A stretch of DNA of 32,000 bases from Psychrobacter cryohalolentis K5. Lineage in GTDB: Bacteria > Pseudomonadota > Gammaproteobacteria > Pseudomonadales > Moraxellaceae. Each line of letters starts with the position of its first letter. Position 1 is the first letter of the stretch. The stretch lies in assembly GCF_000013905.1 (NCBI RefSeq), contig NC_007969.1:1650001-1682000 (forward strand), written 5' to 3'. The position numbers and the translations under genes were made by a program. This document shows, piece after piece, positions 18,401 through 27,159 of this stretch. The notes under the pieces are model-generated. The model saw nothing but the letters and a program-made list of their open reading frames with translations, did no database searches and was not told the DNA's origin.

Positions 18401-18662
18401 CATTCTGCTGTCACTGGCGCATAAATACGATTTTACTTATCCAGAAGATAAGCTGGTTGAGCTGTCCAAAGAGGTTAAAAAGCTCATCGATGATAAAGCT
18501 AAGTATATTGACTGGAATAAGCGCGATGATATCAAAGCGGAACTACAGTTTGATTTGATGATATTGCTTGATGAATGGGATTATCCACCTGTTGATTCAA
18601 AAGAGGTCTATAAAGAGATATTTGAGCAGGCTGAGAACTTTAAGAAGAATAGAGTGGTTTAG
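15480..18662 (+). CDS. hsdR: Type I restriction enzyme R subunit HsdR (SF2 helicase/nuclease)
   Basis: TTG start giving MKFTEDRLEQAIIELL (typical HsdR N-terminus). Walker A GATGCGKSF, DEAH box ISDEAHRSQ, motif III GFTGTPI, motif VI QTISRVNRKF, and a long helical C-terminal domain. Confidence 0.95.
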   Translation: MKFTEDRLEQAIIELLSAEGYPHTLGEALDRNLDDVLIKSDLRQFLATRYKDDLITEYEIDSIIHKLEYLPASDLYDTNKAIMKFVADGFFLKREDYTQKDLYIQLIDYEALDNNRYRIVNQMEIQGFEWRIPDGILYINGLPLVVFEFKSSIREDATMFDAYTQLTTRYKRDIPELFKYNALCIISDGVNSKMGSFFAPYEFYYSWRKVTGDEKLEKDGIHSLLTMMSGLFDKARLLDVIRNFIYVPDKSSKEEKIVCRYPQYYAATKLYDNIKQHMKQLDSHGNLIDDNGLRDGKGGTYFGATGCGKSFTMLFLARLLMRDVELGSPTIILITDRTDLDGQLSETFTNAKTYIGDDNIISVESRAHLREQLKGRRSGGVFLTTIHKFTEDLALLTERTNVICISDEAHRSQINLQQKITVTEDGVKKSYGFAKYLHDSLPNATYVGFTGTPIDATLDVFGPVIDSYTMVESVFDEITVRIVYEGRAAKVLLDSKQLDEVEKYYQESADAGTNEYQIEKSKKAMASMSTILGDPDRIRAIAEDFVQHYEARVEEGTTQKGKAMFVCSSREAAYQLYKDIIALRPEWNEVRACEEGSTLSESDKKNVMPMERVKMIITRNKDDEKGMWDNLGNKDYRKELDRQFKNSKSNFKIAIVVDMWLTGFDVPFLDTIYIDKPLQKHSLIQTISRVNRKFEGKESGLVVDYIGIKKQMNLALSYYTGGQVQNLDDIQKSVVVVKDHLDLLDTVYHKFDSSLYFNGTPLKQLNCLNAAADFALQSKKLEKRFMDLAKRLKSAYDICVGSEALTKTYKDKIHYYLAIRTIIFKITTGGAPDVEQMNQKVRDLVKDALMSDGVEEIFKLGDNTDGEIDIFDEDYLAKLEVIKQPNTKLELLQQLLAKAIGELKKTNKVKGVDFSKKMNALVEKYNDRDEQDILRAEVIGDFSDEIIKLYNELRVEMASFGEMGIDFEEKAFYDILLSLAHKYDFTYPEDKLVELSKEVKKLIDDKAKYIDWNKRDDIKAELQFDLMILLDEWDYPPVDSKEVYKEIFEQAENFKKNRVV

Positions 18663-18949
18663 TTATAATTATACGGTTTTTAACAATTGAAACTTATGTC
18701 GTTTTTATACTAATGTCTAGAGTGCTATTTCAAAGCTTGGTTATCAACAATCAAGCTAATGAAAACTAAAATGATAAATAAATTTTTGAACATGGAGAAT
18801 ATTAGGGTTGATTTTTTAAAGGTGTCTGCTGACACCGACTGTTAAAACCTTCAGGATATTAATGTTTTATTTGCTGCTAGAACTACTTTTATTATGTAAT
18901 CATTTGCATATAAGTTTAAATCAGGATGATTCTGATTAAGAGGGAAATT

Positions 18950-21577
18950 ATGCTTAAAAACGAATACTTACGCTTTATGAACACTATAAAACTAACTGCA
19001 GCGCCAAATGTATCAAAGATGGCTAATTTAATTCTCGCTAATTTTGATGAGTTGGCGTTATTGGGCACGCATCAAGGTCAGCGAGTAAGAAAAATAGTAG
19101 AGCTAACAGTTACAAGCTGGAATCAGTTATCCGATGAAATCTCACAATCACCAAAAGGTAGTTCTAAAGCTAATCCACTTATAAAGAGAATAGTTTCTGT
19201 AGAAGTGGGTCCATTTCGGGGTTTTGCTAAAGAAGAGGTATTGATTCTTGATAGCAATATAGTTCTTATATACGGTCCTAATGGGACTGGGAAAACGAGT
19301 TTCTGCGAAGCATTAGAATATGGGTTACTTGGAAGTGTTGCTGAGGCTGATAACAAGAGATTTAAAAATCAAGATAAATACTTTGAAAATGCCCATACAG
19401 AAAGCTTTACTCGTCCCATTCTTTTAGGTCGTAATGATCAAGACGAAGAAATAGAAATAGAATTTGACCAAGAGCTTTACCAGTTTTGTTTTATTGAAAG
19501 AAATCGTATTGATAGCTTCTCACGTATAGCAGCTCAGCTACCAGCTAAGCAAACAGAGCTTACCTCAACCTTATTTGGTCTTGATGCATTTAACGATTTT
19601 GTAAAAGGTTTTTCATTAGCAATTGATCAGAAATATATAGACTTGGTTGGGAAAAAAGCAGAGGAATTGAGAGTTAAAGAGCGAGAAACTGACATTCATG
19701 TTAGAAATAGACATCAGTATCTGGCTGATCTACAAAAAATAAAAGAAGATGAGAATAGCCTAGCTAGAACATATAAAGACGGTTATACCTTTTTGCAGAT
19801 GGATGATGAGCTTAATGGAAAACAGGGTAGTAGTGGGGAAATAAGTCGTATCGAAGCAGAGCTTCAAAAGCCTATAACATCTAAATCTAACCTGAACCTA
19901 GACTCTATGAATAGCGTTCGACGAGAAATTAGAAATGCTTACTCTAGAATTATGATAAATAATCAGGAGTTAATAGACAACTCAACACAAATTTCATATA
20001 AAAGGTTGTATGAATCAGTACGTGTATTGCAAGATGAAAGCGCTGATAAGTGTCCTGCTTGTGAGACTCCAATAAATTTATCGACTAGAAATCCCTTTGC
20101 TAATGCCATTCTAGAGCTAGAAAAATTAGAGCACCTTGCCAGAATTCAAGATGAAATACATCTTGAAAAAAAGACACTTAGCGATTCACTAGTAAAGTTA
20201 AATAGTATTATTACAGTTTGTGATAACTATTCCGATAATGATTTTTTAAAAGAATATTTAAAGGAAAATTCTTCAGAATTAGATATTGAATGGTTTCATA
20301 GCTTAGAAAATTCCAACTCTAGTGCTCATGCACCAATAGTCTTAATAGAAAGAATAATAAAGAATCAAATGTTAGAAGATTCAAAGATCACTCAGAAATT
20401 AGAAGAAAAACGAATAAATAACAACGGTTTAGAGAAAATAAGGGCTATATCCAATCAAATAATAAAACTTAAAGTGAATAAAGAAAATATTAATGAGCAA
20501 CTAAAAAAAGCTGATGATTTTATAGCTAAATTTGAAAAAGATAATGCTGAATTAATCGAAGATGTTAACTCAGAAAAAGAAGTGATAGCTAATAATATTC
20601 TGATTGCTGAATCTTACAACTTATTGATTATATCTCTAAATGATTATAAGAATAACTTACCTATTGATTTAGTTGCAGATTTGGGTGACATGACTACTAA
20701 ATTATATAATGCCTTTAATAGATACGATCAGCCTGAGGAGATGATCGGGAGGATAGATTTACCACTTGCACAAGATGAAAAATTATTAATATCTTTCCAA
20801 ACAACACCTGCTAAGAAACATGATGCATTACATGTACTAAGCGAAGGACATATTAGGTGTTTAGGTTTAGCCATCTTACTCGCAAAAAATATTAAAAATA
20901 ATTGCCCTTTGATTATATTTGATGATCCTGTAAATTCTATAGATGATGAACATCGGAAGGCTATTCGTGAGACATTATTTAAAGATAGTTTTTTCAAAGA
21001 TAAACAAGTTATTTTAGCGTGCCATGGCGAAGAGTTTTTCAAAGATATACATCAGACTATTGGAAAAAAAGCTGCAGAAGAAACTGAATCATATATTTTC
21101 TTACGTCAAAAAGGTGAAAATCATATACAAGTCACCTCTAAACATCGTCCTAAAAATTATATTCTAGCAGCATCGGAGTTATACTTTAATGGTGAGTATA
21201 AGGATGCCTTAATGTCATCGCGTCGTGCTTTGGAATACTTATGTGACAAAGCATGGTGGCACTACAGCAACAATTGTCATATAAGGGATCCGGCTATCAG
21301 TGTCGTTAGACGAAACCCTAAAGCACCTTGGGATTTAAACGCATTAGCTGCAAATATATGTTCTAAAATTAAAAAAGCTAAAGTAGATGTTCCAAATAAA
21401 GATGAAATAATTATAAGTCTCGACTTACTGCTTGGTCTGGGTAAGGATGAAGGTGGTTTACATTGGGCTTATCTAAACAAAGGTACTCATGAAGAAGAGG
21501 ATCGTGAAGAATTTGATCACATTACTGTAAAAGAAATAATTGAATCATTAGAAAGAATAGATTCCTCTTTACTGTAG
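18950..21577 (+). CDS. Rad50/SbcC-like ABC ATPase with a central CxxC zinc hook and a HEPN/DUF4145-like C-terminal domain (RloC-like restriction-linked protein)
   Basis: ATG 18950 follows AGAGGGA (ORF opens at 18926). Walker A GPNGTGKT (19274-19297), signature LSEGHIRCLGLA, Walker B LIIFDDP (20909-20929) and H-loop ILACHGEEF. CPAC at 20051-20062 sits at the midpoint of a ~515-aa coiled-coil-like insert. The ~140-aa helical tail carries SRRALEYL ... WAYLNKGTHEEE. Confidence 0.8.
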   Translation: MLKNEYLRFMNTIKLTAAPNVSKMANLILANFDELALLGTHQGQRVRKIVELTVTSWNQLSDEISQSPKGSSKANPLIKRIVSVEVGPFRGFAKEEVLILDSNIVLIYGPNGTGKTSFCEALEYGLLGSVAEADNKRFKNQDKYFENAHTESFTRPILLGRNDQDEEIEIEFDQELYQFCFIERNRIDSFSRIAAQLPAKQTELTSTLFGLDAFNDFVKGFSLAIDQKYIDLVGKKAEELRVKERETDIHVRNRHQYLADLQKIKEDENSLARTYKDGYTFLQMDDELNGKQGSSGEISRIEAELQKPITSKSNLNLDSMNSVRREIRNAYSRIMINNQELIDNSTQISYKRLYESVRVLQDESADKCPACETPINLSTRNPFANAILELEKLEHLARIQDEIHLEKKTLSDSLVKLNSIITVCDNYSDNDFLKEYLKENSSELDIEWFHSLENSNSSAHAPIVLIERIIKNQMLEDSKITQKLEEKRINNNGLEKIRAISNQIIKLKVNKENINEQLKKADDFIAKFEKDNAELIEDVNSEKEVIANNILIAESYNLLIISLNDYKNNLPIDLVADLGDMTTKLYNAFNRYDQPEEMIGRIDLPLAQDEKLLISFQTTPAKKHDALHVLSEGHIRCLGLAILLAKNIKNNCPLIIFDDPVNSIDDEHRKAIRETLFKDSFFKDKQVILACHGEEFFKDIHQTIGKKAAEETESYIFLRQKGENHIQVTSKHRPKNYILAASELYFNGEYKDALMSSRRALEYLCDKAWWHYSNNCHIRDPAISVVRRNPKAPWDLNALAANICSKIKKAKVDVPNKDEIIISLDLLLGLGKDEGGLHWAYLNKGTHEEEDREEFDHITVKEIIESLERIDSSLL

Positions 21578-21611
21578 TAATGATAGTATGTTGAAAGCTA
21601 AGTATATTCTT

Positions 21612-22735
21612 GAGATCATCCCAGATTCTGTGTAACTGCCGTTTAGATTAAATGCTTACTGATACGGTCATCAAACATAATCATAAAGCGATTAAGGGCA
21701 GACGTCCAGTTACGAATGGGCATCGACCACTTTTTAGATGCCTGCTGGGTTGCTAAGTACACCACTTTAAATGCCGCCTGATCAGATAGGAACACCTTAC
21801 GCTTATTCACCGCCGTTCGAATCACACTGTTTAGAGACTCTATCGCATTGGTGGTATAAATCGCTTTTCTGATGTCTTTAGGGTAACCAAAGAACACTTT
21901 TAAGCCTTCCCAGTTATTGCGCCAAGACTTGACCACATGTGGGTACTTATCGCCCCATGTTGCGTCGAAGGATTCAAGATTGGCCTCTGCTATCTCATGC
22001 GTATCAGCGCCATAGATGGCCTTTAAGTCAGCGGCTACGGCCTTCTTATCCGTCCAAGGCACAAACTTCATTGAATAGCGCACCATGTGCACGATACACA
22101 GCTGAACCTGAGCATTGGGGTAAACGGTATTGATGGCATCAGGAAAGCCCTTTAAACCGTCGACACAGGCGATTAGGATGTCTTGTACCCCGCGGTTTTG
22201 CAATCCAGTGAGAACCCCTAGCCAGAACTTAGCGCCCTCATTCTCTGATAGCCACATACCAAGCAGCTCTTTTTTACCGTTAAGAGCGACACCTAACGCT
22301 AAGTAAATGGCTTTGTTGATGATCTGCTTATCTTGACGGACTTTAACGACAATGCAGTCTAGGTAGACAATAGGATAAACACTGCTCAGCGGCCTATTCT
22401 GCCAAGCGGTGATGTCCTCTAAGATTTTGTCAGTGACTCTTGAAACCAAGCTGCTTGAGATATCTACATCGTAAAGCTCTTTAATGGTTTCGACGATTTC
22501 ATAGGTTTGTCTGCTTTTTCATGCTTAGGGTAGCCAAGATGTTCTTCCATCTCAGCTTCTAGGGCAGTGTCGATGAAGGATTGCATGAGCTGCTTCTGAA
22601 AGTCTTTGATGTCATCGAAGCTATTCATGCTACCAGCCATTTGCTCGGCCAGTTTTTTAAGGTCAGATTGAGTAGTCATTGCTTATTCTCCGGTTAGTGA
22701 ATTATAAGCAGTTACACACTTTTTAGAAAAGGCTC
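21612..22735 (-). mobile_element. IS256-family insertion sequence remnant (internally deleted)
   Basis: Terminal inverted repeats GAGATCATCCCAGATTCTGTGTAACTGC (21612-21639) and GCAGTTACACACTTTTTAGAAAAGGCTC (22708-22735) share the outermost GAG and an exact 11-bp TGTGTAACTGC block at their inner ends. Length is ~1.12 kb against ~1.3 kb for intact family members, as I recall. I found no clear target duplication. Confidence 0.7.
21643..22679 (-). pseudogene. IS256-family (Mutator-type) transposase, internal deletion plus frameshift
   Basis: The N-terminal piece ...LEAEMEEHLGYPKHEKA (22464-22679) joins out of frame near 22500-22510 to ...TYEIVETIKELYDVDISSSLVSRVTDKILEDITAWQNRPL... (21643-22512). 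Family members normally have about 50-70 more residues between these blocks (from memory of the consensus). Confidence 0.8.
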
Positions 22736-22781
22736 TTTTAGGTCTTTGTTAGTATCTTAAATATATTTATTCTAAACCTAT

Positions 22782-23231
22782 TTAGTCTTTATTTCTCATT
22801 TCTCTAATAATATGAGGTGCTATAATTCTTTCAGTGCGAACTGATGTCTTACTATTAACCTCTTTAATAATTGCTATTAAAGTCATTGTATTTTCAGAAA
22901 GTCTATCTTCGAGATTAGCGATCTTCTCTTTTAACCTAGCATTCTGTGAAACAAAAGCCTCTCGAGTTCTCCCATTAATATACTGCTGCTTCTCTTTATT
23001 CTTTAAATTTAAAGGACTTAATTGCTTGTCTATATAGTATGAAATTAGATTGTGACGTTCAAGCGATGTACTTTTGCTTAAAGTGCTTAAACCGCCTCTT
23101 ATTATACCTTTGCATACTAATCTCTGATGTAACGCCGAAGGGGAGATAGGCGAATTTTCGAAGCCTTCTTCTAACATGGTAAGTAATTCCTTCTCAATAG
23201 CATCATCTAATGCTCTACCACGTAATGTCAT
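22782..23231 (-). CDS. Small helical protein ending the recombinase operon (GinD-like position)
   Basis: 149 aa. Its ATG overlaps the stop of the 781-aa gene (ATGA at 23228-23231). The N-terminal region looks like a small DNA-binding module, followed by a coiled-coil-like stretch (KEKIANLEDRLSENTMTLIAIIKE). Confidence 0.7.
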   Translation of the reverse strand: MTLRGRALDDAIEKELLTMLEEGFENSPISPSALHQRLVCKGIIRGGLSTLSKSTSLERHNLISYYIDKQLSPLNLKNKEKQQYINGRTREAFVSQNARLKEKIANLEDRLSENTMTLIAIIKEVNSKTSVRTERIIAPHIIREMRNKD

Positions 23232-25573
23232 TTGCTTAACTCCTTCTGAGCAAGATGTTCAAACGCAAATAGATCGGCTAAAGTGCTAATATGCCTAGAT
23301 TCAATTTTGTTATTGGTTCCAGCATAGATATTAATTGTATTTTTATTTGAAAGAGATTTTTTAGTAACTTTTTCAAGATGTATAACGTGATCTAACTGGT
23401 TACTTACTTTTTTAAGAACCCCTTTACGCTCATGGTTTAATAAAACTATCTCTTCTGCTTCAATTAAAAGTCGCTCTAATTTGTTTTTTAAAGCAATTAT
23501 CTTATATATTTCATCAGCTCGCCCAGTGAGTGTGAAGTGGCTACAAGACTCTCCGCTTTGGCATTTCACTCCATATGGACAGCTCCATAAACCAACATCA
23601 TAAGTGCAAGATCCAAGTTTTAATGGATGTAAATTAGTATGTCTAAAAATCATTTCTTCTGCTGCAGAACTCCCTTCATCATTTTCAATATCATCAAACG
23701 CAGCTTTTAAATCTTCAAAAAGATCTTCTTGAAATGACATCTTAATAAAATTAGATTTTTCATACTTATTATCGAATGTGTGTAAATTAGCTTTAAGATT
23801 TAATTCAGTGTCTAAGTTCTGTGATAAATGAATAGAGCCTATTCTTTTAATTACTTCAATTGGTGTCAGCTCAGACAACTCATCATTTATTGTTCTATCT
23901 TCTTGAATAGTATAGGGTAAGACAGAAGCACCAGTTTTAAGGTGTTCAATAGCTAAATGCTTGTAGTGCTGATTTTGAGTAATATCTATACGGCCCATCA
24001 ACATAGCTTGTAAATGGTCGGCTATCTCAGCTATAGCAAGAAAGGTATTAATATTGTGCCTAGGAATATGACTTGTCAATCTTGTATAATCACTATTAGA
24101 TTCCTTTAAGTCGTATTTCTGGAAAATAGATACAGATTTACTAGCACCTAAAAAATCATTTATTATTTTATTGTCAAATGGTATAGGAGTCGATTTATAT
24201 ACTAATGTTCTACGAATATTGGTAGACCCGCGAGCATGAATAAACAGTAAATCTTCGTAAGGGATTTTATTATTTTTCTGATTAGTATTCCATACAACAG
24301 TACATAGATTAGTAGTCTGATTTTGATCGTCAATAAAGCTTTGAGCGACGAATTCGTTAAGATTTGCTTTCGAAAAAAACTCTTGTCTATCTTTTTTTAT
24401 AGAAATTAACCTAGCATTCCTTAACGTCTTACGTACCTTATCACGACGCCCCCCTCGGCCTCTATTATCTGATTTTGTGCCAATTATAAATCTATCTATA
24501 TCGTCTAATTCCACAAAATCAGAATTTATTAGCTCAATTTCTTTAGGTAAATAACTGGAAAATTTATTAACTCTTAAGTAAATCAGATGTTCACGTAATG
24601 GTTGTGTCAAATCTTTAACAGTATCAAAAATAGTTTCGACCAAAGGTACTGAAGAAGGCTCCAACCAGTGAATTCTTTCGCCAGCACCTTTAGCACCAAT
24701 ATATTTAATTCCTAGGAAGTAGGGGCGTAACCCTTTATTTATTAATCTGTTTTTGGTATCTAAGTCTTCAATCTCTCTTCTAATAAGGCTGTCTTTTCTT
24801 AAATTGATAGCTTCAATGGATCTAAAGCCTGTAATGATGAGTAGGATAACTAAGTTTAATAAAATTCTTTCACCACGGTCCTCACATTTATGAATCAGAT
24901 TAACTATGTTCAGAAACGTATCAATAGTAATTAATTTCTGCTTATCTTCAATATTTTTATCATCAATAAAATCTTGTTCTTTAAGGTTCTGTAGCTCCTT
25001 TGCTTTTCTTGTGTAATTAGAATTATTTGAATATGTTGTACTATTTTGGAAATTCAATGGGGTTAGACAAAAGGCATAACGATTTATTAGGTTTTGTAAA
25101 CTGACACATCTGCCTAAGGTGTCAGCTACATTAGAATCGTTATTTTTAGATGAGATGGTATACAAGTCCATCGCATGATGGATAACCTCTGTATTTAAGT
25201 AAATCGGATGCTTTCTATCTGTTAATTCTAGCAATGAGTTATACCAACGTTTTAATATTATTAGATTAGCAACTGCCACAGTCGTAGATATAGATTGCTT
25301 CTTGCGATAAATAGCAACAATGATTGATTTCATAAAATCTTTATATTCTTTACTATTAATAATTATTTTAGATTTAATGCCTTTCATTCGATCACTAATG
25401 TTGTCAAAAGTTAAAATTCCTTTGCCACTTCCTTTTAACCACCCTGTACCATATGTTCCTATATTCCAGGCATCGTTGTCCCAATTATGATGGAAATCTT
25501 TAGAGAGGTTTGATTCAAAAAAAGTTTTCTGCTCACTAATAAAAGAAGCGTAGTTCTGAAAAATATTATCCAT
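23228..25573 (-). CDS. Tyrosine recombinase, third of a trio (GinC-like), with a C-terminal Cys4 cluster
   Basis: 781 aa. GFRSIEAINLRKDSL (Arg I), SHIPRHNINTFLAIAE (H-x-x-R) and MLMGRIDITQNQHYKH (catalytic Tyr region). Cys cluster CTYDVGLWSCPYGVKCQSGESC (23543-23608). ATG lies 5 nt after the upstream stop. Confidence 0.8.
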   Translation of the reverse strand: MDNIFQNYASFISEQKTFFESNLSKDFHHNWDNDAWNIGTYGTGWLKGSGKGILTFDNISDRMKGIKSKIIINSKEYKDFMKSIIVAIYRKKQSISTTVAVANLIILKRWYNSLLELTDRKHPIYLNTEVIHHAMDLYTISSKNNDSNVADTLGRCVSLQNLINRYAFCLTPLNFQNSTTYSNNSNYTRKAKELQNLKEQDFIDDKNIEDKQKLITIDTFLNIVNLIHKCEDRGERILLNLVILLIITGFRSIEAINLRKDSLIRREIEDLDTKNRLINKGLRPYFLGIKYIGAKGAGERIHWLEPSSVPLVETIFDTVKDLTQPLREHLIYLRVNKFSSYLPKEIELINSDFVELDDIDRFIIGTKSDNRGRGGRRDKVRKTLRNARLISIKKDRQEFFSKANLNEFVAQSFIDDQNQTTNLCTVVWNTNQKNNKIPYEDLLFIHARGSTNIRRTLVYKSTPIPFDNKIINDFLGASKSVSIFQKYDLKESNSDYTRLTSHIPRHNINTFLAIAEIADHLQAMLMGRIDITQNQHYKHLAIEHLKTGASVLPYTIQEDRTINDELSELTPIEVIKRIGSIHLSQNLDTELNLKANLHTFDNKYEKSNFIKMSFQEDLFEDLKAAFDDIENDEGSSAAEEMIFRHTNLHPLKLGSCTYDVGLWSCPYGVKCQSGESCSHFTLTGRADEIYKIIALKNKLERLLIEAEEIVLLNHERKGVLKKVSNQLDHVIHLEKVTKKSLSNKNTINIYAGTNNKIESRHISTLADLFAFEHLAQKELSK

Positions 25574-25578
25574 TTATA

Positions 25579-27159
25579 TCACTCCACATTAGTTAACGTA
25601 ATAGCATTTGGATTTATTGCAATGCTTTTACATCGTGCGATAACTGATTTAATTTCTTGGCTAGTTGCTTCATATACTTGAATTAACGGATTTTTAGAGT
25701 TACCGACTGAGTCAGATAACTCTATTAAGTCAAGATGCTCTCTTTCTACACTTTGCAATACTGAATTATGATTACCTTCTTTGAAGGGGTTAAAATATAA
25801 ACACCCGTAACATGATCGAACTTCAGAGAAGGGGCATTCATCATATGAACGATTACAACCGCCTAGTTCTGAGTAAAGGGTATTGTGCACAATCCCACTA
25901 ACCTGATTACCTTGCCATTCAGATTTTGAGACAATGGCACCAGTTAATAGCATTGAGATCATATTTTGCCATACAGGGTTATTCCCTAAAGATTTTTCTC
26001 GAACTAAAGCTAGTTCTGGTGTTGCCAAAATATAATGCTTAGCGGCCACTAAAGAGTTGTGTCCCATTATATGAGCAACTTCTTCTGCACTTGCTCCTGT
26101 CATTGCCAAAGAGTGTCCTACATTGTGACGGAAATCAGAAGAGGTGTAATGAGGCTGTACCATATTATTACTTTCAATAGCTTTACGAGTTTCCAGAGGT
26201 GCGAACCTCACCATTTGTCTGTTAATAGCTTCATTAACAAATATAATGGCATTGCTACCAATATTGAACAACTGGTCTCCTTTATTTCTCTGAGTCCTAA
26301 GTTCATATTCCAACATAATTCTGGCTAACTCAGGTGGAATGGCAATTAGGATCTTATCAAGTATGAGTTTTTGCTGTTTTGCATAAGGTATCGCTATGCT
26401 GTAACGCATTAGGTTGCTTCTTTTTGATTTGGAGTCTAAATTAATGTCTCCGACGGCTAGTCTAGCTAACTGTACAGGTCGGATACCACAAACATAACAT
26501 AGGCCTAATACAGCACTGTCTTGTAATTCACCAATTGGCACTTTATCTGAGCTATTACTTGTAATACGAAAAGATAATTCATGTATGCCTTTAATTATAA
26601 GGTTTTTATCATGATCTTTTAGAACTGCATCAATATTTTGATAATTACTCCATGAGTTATTAATTGGTCTCGGTATAAACTCTAGATCTTCTAGATTATC
26701 AATATCGAACTCCGGAAAATCAATTCTACAAAGAGTTTTAATAAAGAATAAGAAAAAGTAAAACTCTCTACTGTTAGTAGTTCTCTTCATAAAATCCATA
26801 GATTTTGAATAGGATATGGAGCTTGACTTTATGTTAAACGAGAAAAATAAGGTTAAAATATTATTAAGATGACTCAGGCCTATTGGTGAGTTCTTACTTA
26901 CGAAACAAGCTAGTATATATTTTTTTAGCAAAACCTCATGTTTACCACCTATGAACTGAACCGAGGCTTTTTGACCAGAAAAAGTAAACGTCCATTTATC
27001 TTTTTTTGTATTTATATATTTATCATCAAACTCAGATGCCGTTTTAAATAATAGGGCAGTGGGTATATTTAATTTTTTAATAACTGTAATTTGCTGAGGT
27101 GTAAATGTATTTCTAGGGTCAAATTTAATATTAGTGTAAACAGTCCTATTAATAGTCAT
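25579..27159 (-). CDS. Tyrosine recombinase, second of a trio (GinB-like), with a C-terminal Cys4 cluster
   Basis: GIRPVQLARLAVGDI (Arg I), DFRHNVGHSLAMTGASAEEVAHIMGHNSLVAAKHY (H-x-x-R, H, Y). Cys cluster CNRSYDECPFSEVRSCYGC (25801-25857). Preferred start is ATG 27159, 8 nt after GAGGA, overlapping the upstream gene by 11 nt. The track's TTG 27192 is less likely. Confidence 0.8.
   Translation of the reverse strand: MTINRTVYTNIKFDPRNTFTPQQITVIKKLNIPTALLFKTASEFDDKYINTKKDKWTFTFSGQKASVQFIGGKHEVLLKKYILACFVSKNSPIGLSHLNNILTLFFSFNIKSSSISYSKSMDFMKRTTNSREFYFFLFFIKTLCRIDFPEFDIDNLEDLEFIPRPINNSWSNYQNIDAVLKDHDKNLIIKGIHELSFRITSNSSDKVPIGELQDSAVLGLCYVCGIRPVQLARLAVGDINLDSKSKRSNLMRYSIAIPYAKQQKLILDKILIAIPPELARIMLEYELRTQRNKGDQLFNIGSNAIIFVNEAINRQMVRFAPLETRKAIESNNMVQPHYTSSDFRHNVGHSLAMTGASAEEVAHIMGHNSLVAAKHYILATPELALVREKSLGNNPVWQNMISMLLTGAIVSKSEWQGNQVSGIVHNTLYSELGGCNRSYDECPFSEVRSCYGCLYFNPFKEGNHNSVLQSVEREHLDLIELSDSVGNSKNPLIQVYEATSQEIKSVIARCKSIAINPNAITLTNVE

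Noticed and set aside
18821-18836. Hairpin GGTGTC-TGCT-GACACC between hsdR and the ATPase gene, as a possible hsdR terminator.
   Set aside because: The stem is only 6 bp and there is no downstream T-tract on the plus strand. It is not convincing as an intrinsic terminator.
22450-22520. Possible programmed frameshift in the IS256-family transposase.
   Set aside because: The junction lacks a slippery heptamer. A block of residues conserved in the family (between the HEKA and EIV...LY segments) is missing altogether, so deletion and decay is the better explanation.
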